Assembly (NCBI GenBank): GCA_950097015.1
Contig: CATNEN010000003.1
Coordinates: 12,090,001 to 12,154,000, forward strand
Direction: 5' to 3'
Length of the DNA: 64,000 bases
Origin: Macrostomum hystrix
Taxonomy: Eukaryota > Animalia > Platyhelminthes
Below, piece by piece: positions 1 through 12,300 of this stretch. The notes below the pieces were generated by a model. The model worked only from the letters and a program-made list of their open reading frames with translations, had not been told where the DNA came from and searched no databases. The first letter of the stretch is position 1. Each line of letters begins with the position of its first letter. The translations under genes were made by a program, and so were the position numbers.

Positions 1-511
1 GCTAGAAAAAGGTGATAAAGTATATTATAAGTTATAACGTAGGTTATGACGCACATGAGGTTATAATGCACAACGGTACCTTGTAAGAAAGTTTCTTTCT
101 GTTCTTGTTTTTTGAGCAAAGAGAACGATCATTAAAAAAGGGAGTAAATTTTACCCAACAGAAGTTTATTGCCTATATTTTTCGTGCTTTTGGTACATTG
201 AATTTGCTCAAACTCAAAGGAGCCATATAGCTTGTATATTATGTCGAGAGTTTTTGGCGCATAGCGACAGCCTTTTTTATGTCTTTAAGTAAAACGTGGT
301 TATGTTTTCGGATATAATTAAAATGTTGTCCTTGATTTAAAATTCATATTACATATTCATTGCTGGCTTCAATCAACGAATCAAGATAGCCAATTGCTCA
401 GCATCTTTGACTCCATCCTCCCAGGGCAAATCGGGATTTAAATTGTACAAAATTCTGCAGGTCTCTAAATTGGTGCTCTTTACCCAAGAGCACTCGGCAG
501 ACGATGTTAGA

Positions 512-1398
512 TTATCCGCAACCAACAGCTGCAGGCCCTAATTGTCTCTGGAACAGCCGTACGTTGTAGAGATAAATAATGACGAATCGACACCTAACAC
601 CAATACTTGTAGAGTGACCACCGATGCTAAAGAAATTGAATGATTTCGAGCGAAGTTCCGCAACAGGCCAGCTGTACACAAGTAGGTCAGGCCGGAACCA
701 ATTCTCCTTAGTAATTGAATCAGTCAAAGAGGACACGTCGAATACGAGTTGAAGTGCCAGTACTCGACTAGAACTAAACACGCTGACAGTGATCTGCCTG
801 TAGGCCAGAGCTCGCACCAGACTAGGCATGTTGTCTAGCAGGCTGCTCCGGAACCTGTCTGGCAGGGTGGTATCGTCTGTCACCAGCGGCATATCTCGTG
901 ATTGCTGCTCAAAGCCAGGACATCGCCTCCACTAAACAGTTTTCACGCACTCACTTCCATTTTGGCCTGGATTGAGGATAGAAGAAATGCCGTGACATCA
1001 GTTGAAGATAGCAAACTCAGAAGGACAAACGCTGCAGTCTGATTGGTGAACAGAGAGTACCGCTGGCAGTTTGCACTGATAATTCGACAAACACTTCGTC
1101 TGTGCTGGACTGATTGGAGTTCGAGAGCAACAGCAGCAGCAGTTGCTAGCAGCCTTGTGCTGCCAAACATCGCACAGATTAGTGGATTCGATGTAGCAAT
1201 ACTCAGCGAGTCTGTCAGTTCAATTGAACTATTAGCATCGCTGCAATGCGACTGCAAGGCGTACTTTTGGTAAACGTAGCGTTGAGTCCTTTGCTGAGCG
1301 TTGCACCGAGTCCACGGCTGCACACTTGCCGGTATGTGATGCAGCTCCGCTAACAGAATAATCAAATAAAACCTTGAAAATAGACGTAGTGTAGCCAT
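512..1398 (-). CDS. Putative secreted protein (~287 aa) of unknown function; exons 1398-955 and 931-512
   Basis: ORF 943..1398 starts with a signal-peptide-like segment (MATLRLFSRFYLIILLAELHHIPASVQ) and has Cys spacing loosely like a PAN/apple module (SNPLICAMF...CRII). Removing GTGAGT...TTTAG (954-932) joins it in frame (…KME|WRRCPGFEQQSRD-MPLV…) to ORF 512..892. Both parts are GC-richer than the flanks. Confidence 0.5.
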
Positions 1399-1814
1399 TG
1401 CAACTAGCTAGCTAGCTATCAAAATAGCTCTTCATTGAGTGTAAATGATGATGGATTAATATGCGCGCCAGTACGAAAAAAACACTGTAGATTTGACAGG
1501 GGAATATCGAAACGTCGCTTTTGTAGGTACTTAAAAAATAGATTGATACGTCTAAACAGTCATTTTTTAAACTAAAAACTATCCTAAAGAATCCTCATTG
1601 AGCCATCTGAATTGATGTCATATTTAGACATTTCTAAGAAACATTTACAGCGATCGATTATGCGCAAACAGGTTGTTAAAAAAACGAATATTCAGTTTAT
1701 CGTCAATTTTAGTAGGAACTAGCAAGTTTTGCCCCCCTTCGGGGAGCAGAAATATTTTTAATTCGTTTATTATATACTTTTTAGCAGCTGAATTTACAGC
1801 TTTTTAATTCTACA

Positions 1815-3520
1815 TTGATCCCCCAGTTGACAATGATCCCCCAGTTAGCAATGATCCCGCAGTCGACAATGATTCCCCAGTTGACAATGATCCCCCAGTT
1901 GACAATGTTCCCCCAGTTGACAATGATCCCCAGTTGACAATGTTCCCCCAGTTGACAATGATCCCCAGTTGACAATGATAACCCAGTTGATGATGATCCC
2001 CCAGTTGACAATGATCCCCAGTTGACAATGATACCCCAGTTGATGATGATCCCCCAGTTGACAATGATTCCCCAGTTAGCAATGATCTCGCAGTCGACAA
2101 TGATTCCCCAGTCGACAATGATCCCCCAGTTGATGATGACTCCCCATTGATGATGACAACAAGTTGACAATGTTCCCCCAGTTGACAATGATCCCCAGTT
2201 GCCAATGATCCCCCAGTTTACAATGATCCCACAGTTGACAATGATCCCCCAGTTGACAATGATCTCCCAGTTGACAATGATCCCCCAACTGACAATGATA
2301 CCCAGTTGACAATGATCCCACAGTCGACAATGATCCCACAGTTGACAATGATACCCCAGTTGATGATGATCCCCCAGTTGACAATAATCCCCCAGTTGAC
2401 AATGATCCCCCAGTTTACAATGATTCCCCAGTTGACAATGATCCCCCAGTTGATGATGACTCCCCATTGATGAAGATCCCCAGTTGACAATGTTACTCCA
2501 GTTGACAATGATCCCCAGTTGATGATGATCCCCCAGTTGACAATGATCCCCCAGTTGACAATGATCGCCCAGTTGACAATGATCCCCAGTCAATAAATGT
2601 TCCCCCAGTTGACAATGATCCCCCAGTAAATGATGATCACCCAATTGATGATGATTACCCAGTTGACAATGATCCCCCAGTTGAAAATGATCCTCAAGTT
2701 GACAATGATCTCCCAGTTGATGATGACTCCCATTGATGAAGATCCCCAGTTGACAATGTTCCCCCAGTTGACAATGTTCCCCCAATTGACAATGATCCCC
2801 CAGCTGACAATGATACCCAGTTGACAATGATCCCACAGTCGACAATGATCCCCCAGTTGACAATGATACCCCAGTTGATGATGATCCCCCAGTTGACAAT
2901 GATCCCCCAGTTGACAATGATCGCCCAGTTGACAATGATCCCCAGTCAATAAATGTTCCCCCAGTTGACAATGATCCCCCAGTAAATGATGATCACCCAG
3001 TTGATGATGATTACCCAGTTGACAATGATCCCCCAGTTGACAATGATCTCCCAGTTGATGATGACTCCCCATTGATGAAGATCCCCAGTTGACAATGTTC
3101 CCCCAGTTGACAATGATCCCCAGTTGACAATGTTCCCCCAATTGACAATGATCCCCAGTTGACAATGATACCCCAGTTGATGATGATCCCCCAGTTGACA
3201 ATGATCCCCAGTTAACAATGATACCCCAGTTGATGATGATCCCCCAGTTGACAATGCTCCCCCAGTTGACAATGATCCCCAGTTGATGATGATCCCCCAG
3301 TTGACAATGATCCCCCAGTTGACAATGATCCCCCAGTTGACAATGATCCCCCAGTTGACAATGATCGCCCAGTTGACAATGTTCCCCCAGTTGACAATGA
3401 ACCCCCATTTGATGATGATCCCCCAGTTTACAATAATCCCACAGTTGACAATGATCCCCCAGTTGACGATTATCCCGTAGTCTACCATGATCCCCTATTT
3501 TATGAAGACTCCCCAGTTGA
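1815..3520. repeat. Minisatellite, 17-18 bp unit (CCCCCAGTTGACAATGAT)
   Basis: Directly visible tandem array; explains the LGDHCQ/WGIIVN/STGGSL ORFs. Confidence 0.97.
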
Positions 3521-3647
3521 ATTTTTTATTAGCTGCTATTGTAGAAAATTGAGAAGAACAACATTAGTTGAATATCAGACAAAATTATTTTCATACAAAT
3601 GTATATCATTATGACGTTATATGAGAATTCATCAATGGCAAAAATTG

Positions 3648-5136
3648 CTATGATTCACACCCTGGTTTTCCTATGATTCAAACTCTGGTTTAGCAATGAT
3701 TCAAACTCTGGTTTAGCCATGATTCAAACTCTGTTTTAGCCACGATTGAAATTCTGGTTTAGCCATGATTCAAAATCTGGTTTAGCCATGATTCAATCTC
3801 TGATTTTGCCATGATTCAAACTCTGGGTAAGCCATGATTCAAACGCTGGTTTAGCCATGATTCAAACTCTGGTTGGCCATGATTCAAACTCTGGTTTAGC
3901 CATGATTCAAACTCTAGTTTAGCCATGATTCAGACTCTGGTTTAGCCATGATTCAAACTCTGGTTTAGCAATGATTCAAACTCTGGTTTAGCCATGATTC
4001 AGACTCTGGTTAGCCATGATTCAAACTCTGGTTAGCCATGATTCAGACTCTGGTTTGCCATGATTTAGACGCTGTTTTTGCCATGATTCAAACGCTGGTT
4101 TAGCCATGATTCAAACTCTGGTTTAGCCATGATTCAGACTCTGGTTTAGCCATGATTTAGACGCTGTTTTTGCCATGATTCAAACGCTGGTTTAGCCATG
4201 ATTCAAACTCTGGTTAGCCATGATTCAAACTCTGGTTAGCCATGATTTAGACGCTGTTTTTGCCATGATTCAAACGCTGGTTTAGCCATGATTCAAACTC
4301 TGGTTAGCCATGATTCAAACTCTGGTTAGCCATGATTTAGACGCTGTTTTTGCCATGATTCAAACGCTGGTTTAGCCATGATTCAAACTCTGGTTTAGCC
4401 ATGATTCGGACTCTGGTTTAGCCATGATTCAAACTCTGGTTTAGCCACGATTCAGACTCTGGTTTAGCCATGATTCAAACTCTGGTTTAGCCATGATTGA
4501 AACTCTGGTTTAGCCATGATTCAAACTCTGGTTTAGCCATGATTGAAACTCTGGTTTAGCCATGATTCAAACTCTGGTTTAGCCACGATTCAAACTCTGG
4601 TTTAGCCATGATTCAAACTCTGGTTTAGCCATGATTCAGACTCTAGTTTAGCCACGATTCAAACTCTGGTTTAGCCATGATTCAGACTCTGGTTTAGCCA
4701 TGATTCAGACTCTAGTTTAGCCATGATTCAAACTCTGGTTTAGCCATGATTGAAACTCTGGTTTAGCCATGATTCAGACTCTGGTTTAGCCATGATTCAG
4801 ACTCTGGTTTAGCCATGATTCAGACTCTGGTTTAGCCATGATTCAGACGCTGGTTTAGCCATGATTCAAACTCTGGTTTAGCCATGATTCAAACTCTGGT
4901 TTAGCCATGATTCAAACTCTGGTTTAGCCATGATTCAGACTCTGGTTTAGCCATGATTCAGACTCTGGTTTAGCCATGATTCAAACTCTGGTTTAGCCAT
5001 GATTCAAACTCTGGTTTAGCCATGATTTAAACTCTGGTTTAGCCATGATTCGGACTCTGGTTTAGCCATGATTCAAACTCTGGTTTAGCCATGATGAAAA
5101 CTCTGGTTTAGCCACGATTCAAACTCTGGTTTAGCC
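3648..5136. repeat. Minisatellite, 23 bp unit (GCCATGATTCAAACTCTGGTTTA)
   Basis: Directly visible tandem array. Confidence 0.97.
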
Positions 5137-5379
5137 GGTGTGCTATGATTTATGATATTTTATTTACGAAATGAAAAAAATAAATTAAAAAAATCTTCAA
5201 TCACTACTGGCTGAAAATTAGTCTAAATGATTTGACGCAGTGCAGAATCGAACCCTAGCCTAGCCTAACCTATTCCTAGTGCCTACACATCGGCTATTCC
5301 GACTGTTGGTTAGTGGGTGCAGAAATCAGCCTTATAAAATGAATTCTCAAAGTTCTGGCTTTGTACAATGAAGTAAGAA

Positions 5380-5740
5380 AATAGAGTACACTCAGTCTCG
5401 CGGTTGGTTGTGTACATTTATTTTAAATTTGTCTCCAGAGTGCAGGCTTCTAACTCAGTCAGCGAGGGGGTGTTGCGCAATTTGACGATGCAATTCCAAT
5501 TCAGCGGCAGTGAGTAAAATTCTCAATAGGCCAAGATGGTTTGACCTTTGAAAAATCATGTTTTTCGAATATTTAATCCCCTTGGCAATGGAATTAAGCT
5601 TAATAAAAATACGTGTAAAATTGTCCCCATATTTGGCATCTTTTGGTGAAGAAATGGTGAAAATTGGTTGAGCCGTTCGGGAGAAAATCAATTACAAGCA
5701 ACCAGGCAAGCAAGCAAGCATTTCATTTTTAGTATAGTGT
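5380..5740 (+). mobile_element. Possible non-autonomous Helitron/DINE-like interspersed element
   Basis: 3' end AAAATTGGTTGAGCCGTTCGGGAG...(CAAG)n...TTTTAGTATAG resembles the ends of invertebrate Helitron-derived short elements. Only one copy in the window, so boundaries are uncertain. Confidence 0.25.
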
Positions 5741-5846
5741 TGTGTGGGGAGGATTTATTAAAGTACACAATTTAGTGTATATTAATTTATTTCAAATTCT
5801 ATAATAGAAAGAGACACAAACGTACAGAATGCAACAATCAGGTGTC

Positions 5847-6110
5847 TCAGGTGTCAGTCGAAGCAGTCTTAGCATCCTGGTACTTAGTCATGCAGGTTCG
5901 CATATTACGCACCTGGTCCTGACACTTGCGCCAGTCCCTGCTCTCAGCCATGCATTCCATCACCGCATTGTGCTGGTCTAGACAACCGGTGCGTTTCAAC
6001 ATCGCCTCGAAAGCGTCTTCATCGTCGGCTCCTTCAACGCCTGAGTTAGTAGCTGGCGTCCTTTGCCAACTGTGCTGCTGCTGCTGCTGCTGCTGAGGTG
6101 TGTCAGACAT
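5847..6110 (-). CDS. COA4: Cytochrome c oxidase assembly factor 4 (CHCHD8), twin CX9C protein
   Basis: 87 aa; DDEDAFEAMLKRTGC-x9-CMAESRDWRKC-x9-CM matches the COA4 pattern (acidic run, GC...QECM...DWRxCQ.QV..F..CM). Confidence 0.9.
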   Translation of the reverse strand: MSDTPQQQQQQQHSWQRTPATNSGVEGADDEDAFEAMLKRTGCLDQHNAVMECMAESRDWRKCQDQVRNMRTCMTKYQDAKTASTDT

Positions 6111-6379
6111 CTCTACAGATTCAGCTGTAATCTGAATTTAAACTCTGAAATAATTAAAACTGTCTTACTTTGAGGAAGTGCATGGGAGGTTCTCTTCGAG
6201 TATTTCCATAAATAGCTACCAAGCTAAATAATCAATTGCTACCATAGACAGCCATACCCGGTGCATTATAATTAAGGAACAAACATTTTTTTAATGTAGT
6301 CGTAGTTACGATTGCCCCCAAAACACTGAATGCGAAAAAAGAATGTGTCTAAATCAAGAGACCAGTTAATACAAGTACT

Positions 6380-9300
6380 ATGTCATGCGTCAGAAGCTAC
6401 AGTCACGGCAGGATAAATCATGCTACTAGCGCTAACAGCCCAAGGCAATGGTATTACAAAGTGGTAGCTCTAGGCAACAGCGGTATCGGAAAGACCTGGC
6501 TAATTCAGACACTCGTAGCTGGACAGACGTCAACAGGTAAGAAAGATTAAATTAAAAAAATCTTCATGCTTCTTTGACTTGTCAGCTGTGATTTTGATAT
6601 TTGATTTAATGTTTTGGCACATGGATTAGAATTTATCTGCCCCAAATTGGCCAGATGTGCAACCGACAGTACAGCCACTGAAGGCTGCGTACGGCTGTTC
6701 AGTCCATGGACAGGGGGGCGCCACACTCAACCCTCAACTACAATTTAACAGCTTGGGTGAACTGAATCAATGCAGAGTTAAGTGTCTTGCTAAAGGACAC
6801 AAATTTATTCCAGTGTAGTCGGGAATCGAACCCCCGACCTTCAAGTCGTGAGTCCGACGCTGTAACCACTAGGCTACTAGCACCTTTCGGTAAATTTGGT
6901 ACATGTGTGTGTCCTATTGTAGCTTAGCAAAATGGGCTGTTGTGCAATTTGAGAACTAACCTCCAAGGTACCGCCAGAGTTTGCACTGCCTATCGATGAG
7001 AAATTCGGAACACACGTACAGTATCTGTGAGCGTGTGCGCTCAGAAGTCAGCGGGCTGCGGCTAAACTATAAAAACATAAAATTTAATTTTCAATCCAGG
7101 GGAGAATAAGGACAACAATACAGACAGCCAACAGACAAGCGAAGCGGTGGACTCGCAAGGAACCGTCGGTGTAACAGTCAACCTGAGCAAAGTTCTCCTA
7201 ATCGATGTTGAAACGAAGGTAGCGAAAATCGACTGCACAAAAGCAAGCAACTGTACAAGGAGCAACACAGTACTCTTAAACATTTGGGACACGTCCGGCA
7301 AGTCATCCTATCGCAATCTGGTCAGAAACTACATTCACGACGCGCACTGCATCCTGTTAGTCTACAATCCGTCGGAGGGTTCCGAAGCGGCTCAGAAATC
7401 ACTAGTAGACTGGTACAGATTTGTCAAGGAGGCGGCAAGCAATGGAGCAGTGACCAATGGACCAGATGGAGACACTGGCAGAGAATTGAAGAGCAGTATT
7501 TCAACGGGACAAGGTAAATAATGTTGCATTTTGAAAGGTGCATTCCCAGGGGGATGAGTGGCATAGTGTTTAACGCGGTTGCCGGTCGCACAAAGTGTTG
7601 TGTAATGATCGATGCTGGCTAGCCGATGTGCAGTCTTTCTCTTTCTCTCTCAGTGCACCTGCCCCCCAGTCCCCCATTGACGCGTACAATGTACATTGCT
7701 CACTGCACTTGACTAAACAATAATATATATATCGGCTCTCTGCCCATCGCTGGCTTTAAGCGTTTCGTAGCTCGCACACACTCGCCTTGACTTCTAACAT
7801 AACATGACGTCGCAAGTCTAAACTTTCTAGCAAGCCAGCATGGATGGATTGAGGCCGCCAGAGCCCATGATTTTTGACACCAATAGGGCAGACAACTGGA
7901 GGCGATGGATCAGTGCATTTGATTTCTACATGAAAGCTACGAAGAGGACTGAAGAAAGTGAAGAAGTGAAGATCGCTGTTCTCCTGACCGCGCTGGGATC
8001 CGATGGACAGGACGTATTCTCCACGTTTCCTGCAGACCAAGTAGCAACGTACGCAGCTGTAAAGAGTGCGTTCCAAGAGTACTGCGAGCCTCTGTCGAAT
8101 GAGACCTTTGAGCGCTACCAGCTTCGAACAAGAGTGCAAGGAGAAGCTGAGGACTTCGACCAATTCGTCGGCTCACTTCGCCAGCTCATCAAGCGATGCA
8201 ACTACAGCGAGCCAGCGAACAAGGAGACCATCGAGAACAGCGTCATTCGAGATCAGATCGTCATCGGTGCGAACGACCCAGCTCTGAGGGAGAGGCTTCT
8301 CCGCGAGACAAAGCTGACGCTGGACCGCGCCATCCAGATGGGTCGAGCGTCGGAGACTTCGAAGCGGCAGGCTCGGACCCTGGCCACAGCGCAGATCAGC
8401 CGAGCAACGCCTGCACCCGCGCCAGCGTCCGTCGAGGCAGTTCAAGGCCGAACCAGCCGGTCGCAGCCCGCCAGCAATGCCAAGTCGGCTCGCAGCTGCG
8501 GCTTCTGCGGACAGCAGCATGAGCGGCGCAAGTGCCCGGCATTCGGTAAGACCTGCAATAACTGTGGTCGCGCAAACCATTTCTCGTCCGTGTGCCGCTC
8601 AGCTAAGAAGGTCAACGAGCTGGTGGAGAACACCGAGACCGAGTCCGCAGGTGATGGCCCGGCTGCAGCAATCATGACCGTGGAGCAGCCAGGTGCTCGA
8701 ACCAAGGCGCAAACCGACAGCTCGGCGATGATGGTGTGCCTGACTGTCACGGACTCTGGAAGAAAGCTGCAGTTCAAGGTGGACACCGGTGCGGACGTCA
8801 ACGTGATCCCTCTGAAACGGCTGATCCAGCTCGCCCCTGCAGCATCGATTGAGCCGACATCTTGGACTCTGACAACGTACAACAAGCAGCTGCTGGACGT
8901 GGTCGGCATCACGTACTTGACTGTGTCTTCGCCCTGCCGGAAGAATGCCCGACTGCAGTTTGTTGTTGTCGGTGAGAACTCCACGCCCATCATCGGCTGG
9001 AAGTCAGCGATTGAGGAGCTGCAGCTGGTCAAGAAGCTGTTCTCGTTGCAGCAGAGTCTAAGCAGCATCAGCAAGGTGAGCAAGCAGCAGTTATCGGAAC
9101 TGAACTCCAGCCAGTTAAAGGCCAGCTTCCCAGAAGTATTCAACGGCGTTGGTTGCATGAAGCAGCCATACACCATTCAACTGTCGGACAACGCAGTGCC
9201 TAAAGTGCAGCCTCCTCGCAAGGTGCCATTTGCTGCGTATCAACCTCTGAAGTGCGAGCTGGAGAGACTGGAGAAGGAAGGAACGATCGCGCGAGTCGAC

Positions 9301-12300
9301 GAACCGACGCAGTGGGTCTCCAATGTGGCCATCGTGTGGAAGAAGGACGGCTCGATGCGACTGTGTCTAGATCCGACCTACCTGAACAGGTTCATCATCA
9401 GAGAGTACCACCCGATCCCCACCGCCGAGGAAGTTCGAGCTGCGACTGCTGGAGCCATCCTGTACAGCTCATTCGATGCGAACGAGAGCTTTCACCAACT
9501 AAAACTCGATGATGAAAGCTCCTTCCTGACCACGTTCCACACCCCGTTCGGCCGATATCGCTGGAAACGAGTTCCATACGGTCTCTCATCCATTCCCGAG
9601 GTCTTCCAGAAGAGAATGGAAGAAAACGTCACAAACAACGTGAGAAACTCTAAGAACTTCTTTGACGACATCATCGTGTGGGGAAGAACAGTCGAGGAGC
9701 ACGACCAAGCTGTGCGAGAGCTCCTGGAGCAGTGCAAGCGTGCCAAGGTGACACTGAACCCACAGAAGATGCGAGTCGGTGTCCAAGAGCTCAACTACCT
9801 AGGCGATGTGCTCAGCTCGGAAGGGTTGCGAGCAGATCCAATGAAGGTCAAAGCCATCAAAGAAATGATCCGGCCGAATGATGTTGAAGGTCTCACTTCG
9901 AAGAAGGAGCAGCTAAGGCGATTTCTCGGCTGTGTGACTTACCTGGCCAAGTTTTGTCCTCATCTTTCCGCTACTGCAGAGCCGCTTAGACACCTGCTCA
10001 AGAAAGACGTCATTTGGAGCTGGACGCATCAGCACGACGAGGCGTACGACTCGATCATCACGGAGCTGTGTTCTAACAGGGTTTTGGCTACATTTGACGT
10101 CAGCAAGCCAGTCACCGTGTCTGTGGATGCCAGCAAGAGCGGCATCGGTGCTGTGCTACTCCAAGAGGACCGTCCGGTTGAGTTCGCTTCATCAGCCATG
10201 ACTAAAGCTCAGCAGGCATACGCGCAGATTGAGAAGGAGCTCCTGGCTATTGTGTACGGCTGTAAGAAATTTCACCGCTACCTCTGGGGCCGCACTGTCA
10301 ATGTCCAGAGTGACCATAAGCCACTGGAGTCCATCTTAAAGAAGCAGCTCTGTGACACCACGCCGCGCATCCAGCGCTTGCTGCTGCAGCTGCAGCCCTA
10401 CGACATTCGTGTGAAGTACACACCAGGAAAGGAGCTGTACGTTGCAGACACGCTAAGCCGAGCTCACGGAAAGACGGACAGCCTGACGCTTCTGCTGGAG
10501 GAAGCTTTGGACGGACAAGTGCTAGCTGTGGAGCGATGCTTCAGTGGAGACCGCGAGATTCTGACAATGATCAAGAAGGCCACGGCTGCAGACCAGACGA
10601 GCCAGCGTCTGCAGGAGGTCATTCAAGCCGGATGGCCCGAGCATCGAAACCGACTACCTGACGATTTGAAAGTATTTTGGGATCTTCGCCATGATCTGAC
10701 TTTCGTCTCAGGACTCCTATGCCTGAAGGACCGCATCTACGTGCCAGCCGGCAGCGCCAGAAGCTCGATCCTAAGAATTTTGCACGCTGGACACCCTGGA
10801 ATCGTCAAGATGGACCTGAAAGCCAAAGATTATTTTTTCTGGCCAGGAATGCGCACCTGCATCGAGCGAACTGTCAGCCAGTGCGAGGCCTGCCAGCGTA
10901 ACATGAAGGCCCAGTCAAAGGAGACTTTGATGATCGTTGAAATGCCCGAGTTTCCGTTCCAAGTCTGCTCGACCGACTTGTTCGAGTTCCGTGGCGCTGC
11001 GCACCTGGTGTACGTAGACGCCTACAGCCACTGGATGAGCATCACCCGCCTGCGGTCGACAACAAGCCTGGCAGTAGTTCAGGTGCTCCAAGACCATTTC
11101 CAGAACTTTGGAGTGCCAGAGAAGCTCATCAGTGACAACGGGCCGCAGTTCACCGCAGGAGAGTTCCGCCAGTTCATGAACAGATTTCAAGTGGAGCACC
11201 GGACATCGAGTCCGGCCTACCCGCAGTCCAACGGCAAAGCAGAGCGATATGTGCAGACTGCCAAGAATATGATGAAGAAGTGCCAGGAGACTGGACAGAG
11301 CCTGGCACTGGCCCTTTTGCACTATCGCAACACGCCGGTCGGCAGCGGCTTCCCCAGCCCGGCGGAAATGGCGTTTGGCCGGAAACTGCGGTGCGACCTG
11401 CCGACAACGGTGCAAGATCTGCGGCCTCGGGAGACCTACGTGCATGCCAGCATCGAAGCATTCCAGAAGGAGCGGACCCGGGCAGCTCAGCTCTACAACC
11501 GCGGTGCGCGCGCACTTCGACGCTTGGAGGTCGGCGAGCCAGTCTGGCTTCAGTGCGATCGTCGGAACTGGGTGGCTGCCGAGGTCGACAGCGAGGTGGA
11601 CGGCAGCCCGCGGTCGTACTGGCTTCGCACGGAGTCGAGCCAGCTGCTCAGGCGCAACCGGCGGTTTATCAGGCCACGTGAGATCGGCGTGCCATTCCAT
11701 GAAAGCTACCCAGTGGCTGATGAGGATGTCAATCTGTCGGAGGCGGACGACCAGCAGGCACCGGTGCAACCGGCCGTGCAACCGGCCGTGCAACCGGCCG
11801 TGCAACCGGCGACAGAGCAGCCTGCAGAGCCAGTGCAGCCAGCTGAGGAGCCGGCATCTGTGCAACCGTGCTCAAGCTCGGACGACTCTGGGTTCCGGAC
11901 CAAGCGAGGTCGGCTTGTCCATCAGCCGCAGAGGTACCAGGCCTCGTGGTGAACTTTTGAGTGAAAAATGACTGTTGACTGAATTTAAATGAACTGGAAG
12001 CTCTTTTTAAGTTCCTATAATTTTGGTGAAAGGAGGTATGGCAGAAGTTGATGTGTTGTCTTTGCTGCTCAAGCGTGCGATTTAACAAACGGTCTAAAAT
12101 GATATTTTTCAACATTAATATTGTATTGTTCCATATGATCGTAAAATATTTCAATGTTTTTAGTTTTTCCCATTCAACTGTTTTCGTGCGACTCCATTCG
12201 TGCTACTATATTCGTTCTACTCTTTTCGTGCCATTATATTCGTACTTTTCAATGTAAGGAGGTGTTGTGTAATGATCGATGCTGGCTAGCCGATGTGCAG

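Noticed and set aside
1781-3488. Multiple long ORFs (LGDHCQ / WGIIVN / STGGSL repeats)
   Set aside because: All are translations of the 18-bp minisatellite, with frequent 17-bp frameshifting units and no splice or codon evidence.
6800-6884. tRNA gene (also 59790-59860)
   Set aside because: A and B boxes are present, but the sequence continues into a shared SINE body and A-tail, and no proper acceptor stem is evident.
7756-12154. Overlapping alternative-frame and antisense ORFs in the Gypsy element (e.g. 10915-11865), possible env or antisense gene
   Set aside because: Expected shadows of a GC-rich coding sequence; no TM or signal features, and only ~310 bp lie between the pol stop and the 3' LTR.
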